In this document: positions 1 to 11,500 of the stretch, one piece after another
Layout: each line of letters starts with the position of its first letter
Position numbering within the stretch: the stretch's first letter is position 1
Source: Fimbriosthenelais zetlandica
Lineage: Eukaryota
Direction of reading: 5' to 3'
DNA: 64,000 nt
Assembly: GCA_977030845.1 (NCBI GenBank)
Contig: OZ365113.1
Location: forward strand, 27,404,001-27,468,000
The notes under the pieces: generated by a model
Database searches by the model: none
What the model saw: only the letters and a program-made list of their open reading frames with translations
Told to the model about the DNA's origin: nothing
Translations under genes and position numbers: made by a program

Positions 1-222
1 CTACAACATTGGATAAATCCCTGCCTTTATTGCATAAGAATTCAAGAACATAATATATCATATTCTAAACGGGACAAATTGCAATTGCGGTGATTCAAAA
101 TCACTCACACAAAAAGAACTTTTATTCCATGTTCAACAAATGACTTTAGATTGAAGCCAATAAATGGTCCATACAATACAACTGATAATATAGGCCTAGT
201 ATTCCTGTAGGAGATTAAATAT

Positions 223-1015
223 TCAGCAATATTCTCGCAGGCGTCTCCTCGTTTGATATTCAGGAATTCCTACAAACTTTCTCAGATTTGAGCAGCCAGA
301 ATGTAAATCCCTCATGCATGGCTCAACCAGCTTGAATTTCCTGTGTACAAATTGAAAAGGAAATTATTCAGATTTTGTGTAATAAACTATAAGGCTATAA
401 AATGTTTCTGAAGGCCTTGAGCTTCCACTTACGTCCCCATGCCCTTAAAAGTAAAAGGCCTTATGATATACTAAGAATGCTCTTTGATGAATACCCAGAA
501 TATTTTGATCTTCTGACCATATCATCTGCAGGGGCGGATTCAGCAATTTCAAGGTGGGGGGTCAAATTTGAGTTGGGTTGGGAGCAATGTCCCCCTGACT
601 ATATTTTTTTTCCAAAAAGGGGGGTTTCAATCCCAGAACCCCTTGTATCTTGTATTGGATCCGCCCCTGATCTGACCATTGGATGAACCAGATGTACTTA
701 CCTGCAGGTCCAGTAACCGGATGCTTCTCCAGCTTTCAGATCGTGCGCACTGAAACATTTCTTGGCCTTTTGACGGTAGACTTCCACTGTGGGGCAGACA
801 GGTGCCGAGAAGAAATAGGCCTCAGCTGCAAACTTTTATTGGAGATACATTAATTTTTATTTGACATTATTAGTGCACAGCCAAAATATTATCGTCAGTC
901 TGACTCAAAATTCAAATTTCCATGAATATCGACGATACAAAAATGCTTAATAGCTTAAGTTTCAACTCACCATTGTTATGTATAATGTTAGGAGAATACA
1001 AAGCAGCAGCCTCAT
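223..1015 (-). CDS. Small secreted cysteine-rich protein, 97 aa, 3 coding exons, no recognised family
   Basis: Exons 1015-971, 832-702, 340-223 (294 nt) with GT-AG introns (donors GTGAGT, GTAAGT). Product MRLLLCILLTLYITMFAAEAYFFSAPVCPTVEVYRQKAKKCFSAHDLKAGEASGYWTCRKFKLVEPCMRDLHSGCSNLRKFVGIPEYQTRRRLREYC*. Hydrophobic signal peptide ending AEA, 6 Cys in the mature part, AATAAA on the minus strand at 126-121. Absent from the ORF track because each exon is short. Confidence 0.8.
529..669. mobile_element. MITE with CAGGGGCGGAT terminal inverted repeats, in intron 2 of the small secreted gene
   Basis: Left end CAGGGGCGGATTCA, right end TGGATCCGCCCCTG; flanked on both sides by ATCTG (524-528, 670-674). 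A related end (GGGGCAGATCCAGGATTTGGGG) lies near 5002. Confidence 0.7.
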
Positions 1016-2848
1016 GTTGCAACTGTTTATAAAATAAAATGACCCGTTGTCCTGAATAATTGCAGGTCTTGTGTGTATGCCTTGTTCCAATGACCAACAG
1101 CTGAGGGCAAATGACATGGGTGACCCAACCACCACTTGTACAAACTGCTCAGATCTGCTCATTATTTATGAGTGGGTGCTGCATTGTTTTAGTAAGCAGG
1201 AACCTAGTATCCATTCAAAGCCACTGTATATTATCGAGGAAACGAACAGAGAAAATGATATAGGCCTATGTATAAAAACTGAAAGCAAAGGCAATATTTA
1301 ATATAGATTTTAGTGACTTTCTATCCGTGACTTTCTATCCGTGATCGACATATTGATCGTGAAAAAATATAGATTTTCAAAAGATTTGACCTGATGAATT
1401 AAGTAGGAGAAAAACAACTTCACTCAAGGTAAAAACATGAAAATAAAATTACAAACGGGTGATTACATTTGATATTCCATGATACGAATATTGTGTTGCA
1501 CCCTAGACGAAAATGAGCAATTGGCCACTTTGCTATCAAACCATCATCTCTTCTGGGGCAAAATAGCTGAGGTCCCGTTGGGGCTCATGTAAATATAGGA
1601 AAATGGCTTTTGACAATGAATTGCATGCCGTTGCTGGCCATAGATCATATCTCTAAAACGGAAGACAAGCGTGAGCGTCGGAAATTGTTGCAGGGCAATT
1701 ATGATATAACTGGATATTTCTATAAATTGTTTCCCCTTGAGAATCGCCAGGGGCGGTATCATAAAAGATTACCAACTAATAAAAGTTGCTAACATTAATA
1801 AACTTAATACTAATTTACACAATGTTACACTAATTCAATATGATTGTTCATAAAAATCTGACGATCTTTATGTTCGAATTAAAAAAACTGAAGCAGAATA
1901 ATATTTACTGCACCCTAGCTTCCCTTTATATAATGATAAGATTATTTGAAGCCTTCGTGCATACGTGCTGCCTTCATGGCCTTGAGGTGTGATACACCTC
2001 ATACAAAATTAACATGGTTGGCAAAAACCTAAATTATGAAGATTTGGTAGATTTTTAAGCTGTCATGATCAGATTGTTGATGGGATTTCAAACGTGACCA
2101 TACATGTACCACAAAGGAAACTATTAAAAGAAGATGTTACATTTGAAACATTGTATTACTCAAATATGTAACTATATAAAATCTCGCAAAAAGGAGATTC
2201 CTTCTCATCCCATTCCCTTCAATGTCCATAATAGGTTGCTCCTGTGGTCGCAATTTATGGTTACATTTGAATTCCCATATCTTGTTTGTATTGCCATATT
2301 GTATCTACACTTGTACTTGTCAGTCGATAGTATGACGTTTTTACACAATGTGCTATATTATTTAATATCCCCATGGGTATATATGTCACCACAGTTTGTC
2401 TTTCATCTTTCATGCAAAGTTTCTCAACCGTGTTCACAAACGGTATTTTTGTATGATTACAAGGCCGTATTGACAAAATATTTAAAATATTCAATACCGA
2501 ATCGCTTCAAAGCTTGACAGCCCGTGCCAAATATAATTAATTAACCATTCCGAACTGAGCCCGAGGACACAACATGCAGTATAACTTCCACATAGAGGTA
2601 AATAGATTGTGCGGACAAATATTAGATTTTTCTAATAGTCGACGGAATTTCTTTATATTTCTTTTTGATTTTATAATCATCGATTCCCCAATAATTTACT
2701 AACTAGACTTTAACTACAACTACAGGATGCCTTGGTCTTGTCCTATACACAACATACTCAATACATGTAACCTGACCGGTATATGAACTGCCAGGAGGCC
2801 ATATATCTATCTACATTGGGAAGTTATAGATTGTCTTTTTCTTCTAGG

Positions 2849-5523
2849 ATGGATGGATTATCATACTGGTTATCTATCTTACACCTAACAATTTTCACAT
2901 TGATCAGAGGTAAGACAGAAACTATTATTGTTGAACATAATATTGAGATTATGATAGTACTCATAGGTAGGCCTACTGATTAGTTTATACTAAGGAAAGT
3001 AAAACTTGAAAAGGCTTCGTCAATCTGATATTTCGTCGCACACTTTTTCTAAATATTGTACTATCTTCGTTGCATCTTGTGTCAATAAAACATACAAATT
3101 AAAATAATATAAATCATTCCCTTTCAGTAGCAGGTTCGTGTTCCAACCACCACCTTGGTAATTCAGAAGGATCATTTACATCGCCTAACTACCCAGCATC
3201 CTATGATCCTGGATTGTCATGCTCATGGAAGATTCGAGCCAAATACAGGAATTGTACGGTCCATGTGAACATTATATTCTTGTGGCCTGGGGACACGGAA
3301 GATTTTGTTTCAGTCGAAGATGATGAAGGCTTTTATATCAAGTATGCATAGAGCAATTCGGTGAAATTATTTGAATGTGTTTGAAATTGGTCGGGTTGGT
3401 AACCGAAAACACAGTTATATTATATTTGTGCATAAAATGGGATTATAATTATGGGGTCAATTGGCAACATAGCACTAAAATGTACAAATATCGGTATAAT
3501 TCATATACAACAGGTATAAATTTACTATATATTAAGATAGAAAATTGTCAGTATTCTGTACTAAAGGCAATAAAACACTGCATCTCAAGCTTCGGACTAC
3601 CTATAGGCCTACGTGGAGGGTTGGGTTCCGAGGGCATGTCATTAGGGAGTTTAAGCAACCCCACGCATCTCCCAAACGCAAACGTATACCTAAGAAGATG
3701 CGTGCGTGGTGAGATAGGTCCACGTTCTGCGCGAATAAGTTTAAGCACCAGTTGATAGCGTTCCCACTTATCGATGCAAGGGCCATCTGGAATGGTCACT
3801 CAAAGCCAGTGTAGTGGGGTACCCTGATAAAATGTGTTATTCCTATTAAAATGGGCGATTTAATTATATAAGCACTTTGTTACATGCGTAAGTTAGTTAC
3901 GTTTTGGTATCGAACGTTTTTTTTTACTAATTAGGAATTGCTTACTTATTGAAAAAACGACAGGGAAAAGATATACGTAACAGAAGGTCCCAATGCGTGG
4001 AAAACGTACGTCCAAACCTCATAACCTATCCAGGAGCGCAGAAAGTGATGACGTCACACGCGAGATCGGTAGGGATGCGTTTGCGTTGGGTAGATGCGTA
4101 GGGTTGCTTAAACTCCCTATTGTATTGTAACGTTACCCAGGTTAGGATGGGTCATAATCATATACATGTACTCAAATATCACCTTTACTCATTTAATTGT
4201 AGGTATACCGAGTTTGTCAATGACACAACTATTACAACTCAGGGTCCCACAATAGTGAAATTCAGATCGTTTGATGTGACAGTTGCTGGTACTGGTTTCA
4301 GTATTGAGTATAACTTTACCTGCCCTCCAGGTGATTTCATATTTTATATCTATAATGATGATAAACGTAAAATTATGATTCAACGTAAATGTAATCTCAC
4401 ACAAACCGACAGAGGGCAGCTAACATCAAGGCCTGCAGAATTCTACCATATAAACTGTTGGATTTGGAACAGACCAAATCAGAAAGTTTGAGAGTGATTT
4501 TGAACAACAAACTTTTTTTAAAGAAAATGCCCATCTATCCATTGGCCGAGTTCGGCAGGGGCCAACCGGCTTAATACTAAAGACCAATTCATCTCAGCAT
4601 ATTAATCACTTTTCTGATAATTAGTATGCCTCGACCTACGCTATTCAATATCAACTGGTACATTTCAAGACAAAAATTACATCTTTTTTTTCAGATTCCC
4701 TTCCAGAGCTTGTTGGTCAAATGGGGGAATATTTGGACATTTCAATATTGAGTGATGGTAATACGTCATCGTGTATTACTTTCCAACCTCCACCTGTCCA
4801 TCGCCAGGTTCTCATGAAGCTTGATGTTGAAGTGCCACAGCTTTTGTTCGGCATCAATATACATGTATATCATAAACATGGGCTGGTCAGCAACGAGGCC
4901 TTACTGCTAGCTTACTGCAGCACCGACGGGTTTGTATTTTTTCGTTCTCAAAAATTAATTCCCTTTCTTTTTTCCTTAAATTCTATTTGTTGGGGGACGC
5001 AGGGGCAGATCCAGGATTTGGGGGCGCCGGCTTAAAACCTATAGGTTTAGGGTTAACCCTAGGGTTAGTGTTAGGGTTAGGTTAACCCTAAAAAATAGGG
5101 GGGCCGCGTTCTTTAACTTAAGTGAGGTTGCGGTTGCAACCACACGGAACACGTAGCTGGAGGTTCAAAGCCATGGCATCGACCAAGCGTTTTTCATTCT
5201 GAAAAATGGATGTCATTTGCCATTTTCTATCTCATTTTTCTTTGTTGATACGTATAATTATATGTTAGTCATGGGCTTGTTTCAAAAATGAATAATAGAC
5301 AAGACTTAGCATTGGCAATTTTCCTCTAATAATTTACAGATACATCTCTGCTGGACAGATGACTACTGATGGCGACACACGTTTGGTAAAATTCTGCGAG
5401 ATGGTAAATCCAAGTACAAATCATAATAGATTCACTTGTTGGTGTGTAGGTGAACGGTCTTTCTTCATCAAAATGAATCTTCAGAACCATGACAAACTTG
5501 AGCTTTGTGAAATTACTTACTAA
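2849..5523 (+). CDS. Secreted CUB-domain protein with a C-terminal putative F-type-lectin/discoidin-like domain, 273 aa, 5 coding exons
   Basis: Exons 2849-2909, 3128-3341, 4203-4330, 4695-4929, 5340-5523 (822 nt, in frame). Signal peptide MDGLSYWLSILHLTIFTLIRVAG; CUB hallmarks GSFTSPNYPASYDPGLSCSWKI, VKFRSF, GTGFSIEY. The second domain runs from DGNTSSC to LELCEITY*; its lectin-like assignment is weak. Probable upstream non-coding exon ending at 2597. Confidence 0.85.
3645..4117. mobile_element. MITE with ~40-bp imperfect TIRs (GGGAGTTTAAGCAACC...) and TA flanks
   Basis: Left TA|GGGAGTTTAAGCAACCCCACGCATCTCCCAAACGCAAACG matches the reverse complement of right CGTTTGCGTTGGGTAGATGCGTAGGGTTGCTTAAACTCCC|TA. 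Lies in intron 2 of the CUB gene. Confidence 0.8.
5044..5092. repeat. Short degenerate TTAGGG-like tract
   Basis: GGTTTAGGGTTAACCCTAGGGTTAGTGTTAGGGTTAGGTTAACCCTAA in intron 4 of the CUB gene. Confidence 0.6.
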
Positions 5524-5668
5524 GGAATGGCTGAGGAATATTGTACCATGGATTAACGATGGCCATCTTTCACCTGACTACCCTGCAGGTAGGGCCTATA
5601 TAAGTGACGGATCTGACCATGGGAAGTAATAATGGACACAAACTGAGATATATCATCTAAATATTCAG

Positions 5669-5880
5669 TATAAAGGTACCCACACACTAATCCGATACTC
5701 CAATCCGTCGCCATCCGAGCCCCCGTTTCTAATGACAACCAATGATTGAAATTATTGTCAGTGGTTACCCATACCTAGGTATAAGGGTCTGTTAAGATTA
5801 AAAGCATTGGGTGTGAACAGAAATATAATATTGAGCAGGTGTCTGATGGAGTGTCGGATTAGTGTGTGGACACCTTTATA
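5669..5880. repeat. 33-bp inverted repeat pair (probable MITE remnant) just 3' of the CUB stop codon
   Basis: 5669-5701 TATAAAGGTACCCACACACTAATCCGATACTCC vs the reverse complement of 5848-5880; 30/33 identical. Confidence 0.7.
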
Positions 5881-8462
5881 ATGATGTAAGAGTTTGTGAT
5901 GAAATAATCGCTTGTAAATATTAACATATCATGTAATTGTTTTAACGATTTAATGATTAATAAAAAGGAATTATTTGCGATACCGTTTATCCTATTCCAT
6001 AATTTATGAACGAGGCTCGATCTAACTAGATGCTATTATACATGGTCTGTGACAGATATATGTTTCCACTTTTCTACAGTCTGAGTGATGGTCTATCATA
6101 GAATTTTTATATTGAACTTGTGAACTTTTAGCTTAGACTAAGACACTTCGGTTATGTTCAGCATATTATGTTGTAATATATCATATTGATTGTGTAAAAA
6201 ATATAAAACGCCCTGAATCTAAGATATAATTCAGAAGAAGTGATGAAGATATTTGTCCTACATGTACTATATGCACATACTGTGTGTCATGCAAACAAGG
6301 CCAGTCACGTGTTTTCTCAAGTCTGGTCACAAACATTTGCTCACTCTTCTGAAAAGCTATGGATTCTTTGAGATAGAGCTAGGGGCGGGGGTGAGGAGAA
6401 GGGAGGCTGATGCCCTTTTAGCAGAAGATTTTCGAGTGGATTTTGTTTCGGATAATATTGTTATTTGCGATGGCAGTTTCAGTATATATTAAGTATTCAA
6501 AATAGATCCCCTAAGTTGAAAATTACACAAATAGGTAATATTAAAAACCGTGATCAAACTATAATTCATGCTTGTCCATTGCATCTTATCAAAATTTGGA
6601 AAGATAAAAGCATGACAAAAATAAAGATGTAAAAATTACCATGTCAGAGGTTCGTCTATGTGAAGGTGTACGTCAAAGAATGTTTACCCCACATCCAGGA
6701 CATTTTTATACATATATACACATTGTTTGATTTTGATCTCCAGTTACGTGCAATGTAATCTAAGCTGATGGATGCATCTTTATGGATGTGTACATTCTGA
6801 TGTCACAGACTATTTTGCTGATTCGGGCCAACCATAGATGACTAAAATTTACCCTCAAATAAGTATATTAACTAACAAGACCGCAATTTTTATCGGAATT
6901 TACGTGAAATAATTGCCAAAAAAGCCCAGGGTTCTATAACAATCTGAAAAAAATCTGAGTTCTTTTTCTCTTATTTTTACCATGATAAGGAAACTATGAA
7001 AATCAAAGTACGGCCCATGATTCAACAGATGATGTATCTGCCTTCTCTAGCTGTATATTGTATCTCTGGTCAAATAGCTAATAGTGTATGTAGATAGACC
7101 AGTCAATGATATGTTTTATTCATGTTACTCCTTTTACCTTTATGTTAACTATTATATTATTACAAAAAAGACACACCCTTCATTGCAATTAAAGGTGATC
7201 AATAAATGCATCACCGTTAAATTGGGATGGAAAAATAAAAAATTGCTGATAGATTAGAAATGATTCACAAACTCTTAATTGAGCATTCGAACCTGGAACT
7301 CTCATACCAAACACATTGCTGGGACACACTGATACATTGTTAAAATTGTTTCTTAATTAACAGAGGTCATATTGACCCACGTCAATGAAAAATAAACTTT
7401 GTAAATGCTTCATTATTATTGAAATTTGTACGTACATTTACAAATTACATTGCCATAGAAATCCGAAATTTGCAAGTCAAAGTAAATTTTTCATCGTTTT
7501 TGCAAATCATGCTCCTTTTCATTTACCCAAGAAAAACATGCTCTTTCACTAACATGTACAGAAATGGGTCATGCCTCATATTATGTGCTTTTCCCTAACT
7601 GTCCACCTAACTTTCTTGCTTTCCATAAGAACGCCATTCACTGGTGGAGGCAAACATGGGGTTACTTAGCAAAGAAATCCCAGGTCAGGACGTGAGATGC
7701 CACGGGTAAGATTAGTCAAGGGCGAGTAAAGCTTATAAAGGAAAAATGCAACGTCTACAGTTTAAAATGGACAGGGTATAAAATGTTTAAAAACAGTAAT
7801 TTTGAGTTTCAGATCGCAAATTGTTTTACAGAACAAAATATCACTAATAGGCCTATTGCATATAATTTATGGGATTTTAATATTTTGAGTCATTTCTTTG
7901 GCTTATAAATGGACAATATATTAACATATTAGTTAATAGTTCGGATGCCTGATGCATTACAGAATAATTATTATAGGTTAAGAATGTAGGCCTATAGTAA
8001 CATTAACAAATTATTACATGTATACTATGTGCACGCATTCCACAGCAAAGTCTAATTATCTGCTTGAAAATACAGTTATGATTACTATGAAAGTCAAAGC
8101 ACTACATGGAGAATAAAAGATTGATCAAAATCCTTCATTACTTCAAGCACTTGGTCGTCACATGGTCTTGAGCATTACCTTATTATGAAATGATCAAAAC
8201 ACATAAGCTTAAGCAAACATGAGACATAGCATCTAGGCACGGTATCATTCAGAGTTTAAATATCTAACCATATAGGAGACATATCATTTTGATGACACAG
8301 CACATGCATGCTGCCATTGAGCCTATAGCTCAGGTAGGTTGGGTCCGGAGTTTGTTCAAGGGGCTCTTGGAACACCCTTGTGTAAACTATCTCATAGGTC
8401 ATGGCTTAAGAACTGGATCTGGAACTAGGGGTGCATATAACCGGTATCATTGAATCCCACCG

Positions 8463-8472
8463 GTATATAAGA
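8463..8472 (+). promoter_or_regulatory. TATA box of the micro-exon gene
   Basis: GTATATAAGA about 60 nt upstream of ATG 8530, consistent with a short 5' UTR. Confidence 0.6.
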
Positions 8473-8529
8473 GGCCCCCTTGGATCCCTCCTTTCCACAC
8501 AGGGTTCGTCCACTGCTGTATAGACCAAA

Positions 8530-11500
8530 ATGTCCAAGCTGGTTCTCTGCCTCATCTTCAGTCTCACCTTGGCCGTTGCCTGGGCTCGCCCTGGTGACAG
8601 CAGGGAGAGAGGGAGAGGGAAGGGGAGATGGGAGGATGAAGAGAGATGGGATGACTGGGAAGATGAGGATTATGGCAGGGGACCTCCTCCTAAAGATCGT
8701 CACCGTGGACGTCGCCCTCCTGCTTTCGACCGCGACATGAGCGAGTTCATGGGACAGGTAAGTCACTTTTTTTTCTTTTTTTCTTTTAATCTCATGGGAC
8801 AGGATTAATAACCAATACTTAAAAGACCACTGTAGAGGAAGCAGCTTAATTTTCAGTCCGATATATTTTACTGATGCCCAGTTCACAGAGTATTTAACAT
8901 TGGTGAATTTAAACTAAGTTCAGTGATCTTGTTTTTGCATGCATTTTGGAGGTAAGATGAATGGGCCTGTGCGACTTTAGACTGATTTAGTACGTGAAAA
9001 CACATCACTATTAGTAAAGGACAGTAAAACGTAAATTGTCTGTGAATGTCAGTCAAATGAACATGTGCATGTATAAACTCAAGCCTATTGTCCCCAATAC
9101 GAAGACAGAACTTTAAAAATGAAATCTGTTTTTTTCCAGATGATGAGACAAATGAAAGGATGTAAGTTCTGCGATTGACAAATGTCCTTCTCGAATTAAT
9201 CGAATTTCTCCCGAAAGATATTTTAACAGTAAACAATTTTGAGTGGCATTAAGATTACTTTTAGATCAATATCTGTTCTATTACTATTAATTTAACTTGT
9301 ATATTTCAGCTATGCTGGACTTCATTGGAGCGGTGAGTAGTTTTGCTATTCTAGCGAACCTATAACTTGTAGATTAGAATAGTTCTATTGAAGATGCTAT
9401 TGATTCAAAGTTGTTCTCATAATTTTCAAATGGTACTAATGTTTTGTTTTTAGGAGATGTATGGGGACCATATCTTCAAAAAGAGTAAGGATTGATCTTT
9501 TAATTTATATTATTTGCTCAGAGTTTATAATAATGAAATATGTGTCCAGTAGTCTACCACCTAAATGATATACATCATACAATTTTATTTTATTCTTATA
9601 GTGACAGTCATTCTCACCGCTGACCAGCAACAGAAATACAGTGTAAGTGCGTCTTTATTATTTAATATTTGTTTGAAATTAGTTAGTTTTGTAAATTTTC
9701 ATTATTGCTGAGTCAGATACCAGATATTAATATTCATCTATAATTATAATATATACAGAAATGTGCTAAAGACGCCATTGAGGTTATGAAGGCTCACAAG
9801 GACGACGAACTTAGGCCCATGGAAAGTAAGTTATTTAAATGATTTTAATATTGATAAGGAATTCAATTGCTGGTACTATGTGTTGCCGTTTTTTTCAAGG
9901 CTTGCATACAGTACTACATGTATTCATAAGTCAAATAATTTTTGATGACCCATCTCTCAATGCAAGCATTGAATCTTCATGCAAGCATTGACAGGGAAAT
10001 TTATAAATACCAATGCAGAGGGTAGCAGTAGGCCTATAGCTTGGCCCAGAGTGCACTGGTCAATGATTCTAGTTGGTGCTCATGATCCCACTAGCTGCCA
10101 ATCACTCCACACTGGTCTACCTGTCTTTCTTATTAATTTTTTTGTCTTTTTTTAACCTAAAATTCTACTTATTTCCAGTTCAATTCCTGCTGGACAGAGC
10201 CTTGGGCATCTGCATGTTAAAGGTAGGTAATAGAGTGGCAATAAATAAGTTGTCAAATAATAAATTATCTTGGATTATGGCTTCATGTATTAACATTTTC
10301 TTTTCATTATTTTGATGAATTTCTATCGTGGTTTTATTTCTTTCATTTCAGGCCAGATTCAACTATGATAATGATAGTGAGTACCCGCAATAACATTTGA
10401 TTTCGCTATTTTCATAACAGCTTTTAAGGATGTCAGTCTTGATACCATTGCTACTGTCGCTGCTTTATTGGGATAAAAGTACATGTAGTACTTCTATATA
10501 AGTAAATATTGTACATGCAAAAAGAGTTAGACATTGTTCTTGTTTCTAAACCCAATTCTTCTTAATATTTCAGAGGTGGACAAGTTGGAGGTAAGGATTT
10601 TATATACATAAACATATTTTGATTATTCACATTTTTGTCAATGATGAACAACGGTAGGATATGATTATTTCTTGCAATTAAAAGTAATAATTTTTTTTCC
10701 TCTGCAGTGTTGCAGCATTAGAGCTTATTTCCACGAAATGATCAATGTAGGCAGACGTCATGGACCCAAGAGCAAACATATTAGGACACGTGAGTACATC
10801 ATTAAGAGTGACTTAAAAAATCCACGGAGAAATTTCATTTACACTATTATTATTTGTAATTTCCTTCATGCTTTCATTTTCACACAGCCCCTGGCTTCCG
10901 CATGATTGAGGCTGAGTTCGGATGTTTCATGAATGTGAGTATCCATCTCAATTATTTTGATAATATTAATCGAAATAATTATTTGTCATTTTATATCCAC
11001 GTTAGATATCCAGACTGTTATCCATAATAAGCCATTTGACGGCCAACATATTATTGCTTTTATTATCAGATTTTAATGTCACTCTCTATAATATCTGAAT
11101 CATAATTATTTATCTCTTCTTTCAGCTGACCTACGGATTTTCCATCCTAGGTAAGAACAATCCTTAAAATTTCCAACGACTTAAAATCGATTTTCATTTA
11201 AAAGCTCCATCGTCTTCTAACCGAGGAATGATATAATGTACCTACAATTCACTTCAATTGATTTCTCTTATTTTTTCAGATCTCAAGGATCTGAAGGTAA
11301 AAGCCTGTAGTTAATTATTCCGCTGCTGATATTAGTACTAAACATTTAAGATTAGGCTACATAACGGGAAACCCAACCCATAGTTTATCACCAGCTTTAG
11401 TATAAAAATATGAATATTGTTTTCACCAAGATTAATAAGGTAGTTTATTAGCTTTCCACAATTTAGATCTAGGGCATTTAGAATCAATCATAGGGTCCTT

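Noticed and set aside
1057-1195. Plus-strand Cys-rich exon-like stretch (VCMPCSND...CTNCSD)
   Set aside because: It has a plausible acceptor but no convincing donor or partner exons, and overlaps the promoter/5' region of the minus-strand small gene.
1610-1792. 60-aa ORF with protein-like composition
   Set aside because: No recognisable motif and no splice partners.
6079-6090. Alternative terminal exon for the CUB gene (SE*) after a donor-like site at 5403
   Set aside because: Reading through to TAA 5523 gives a more complete domain ending LELCEITY; no support for the alternative.
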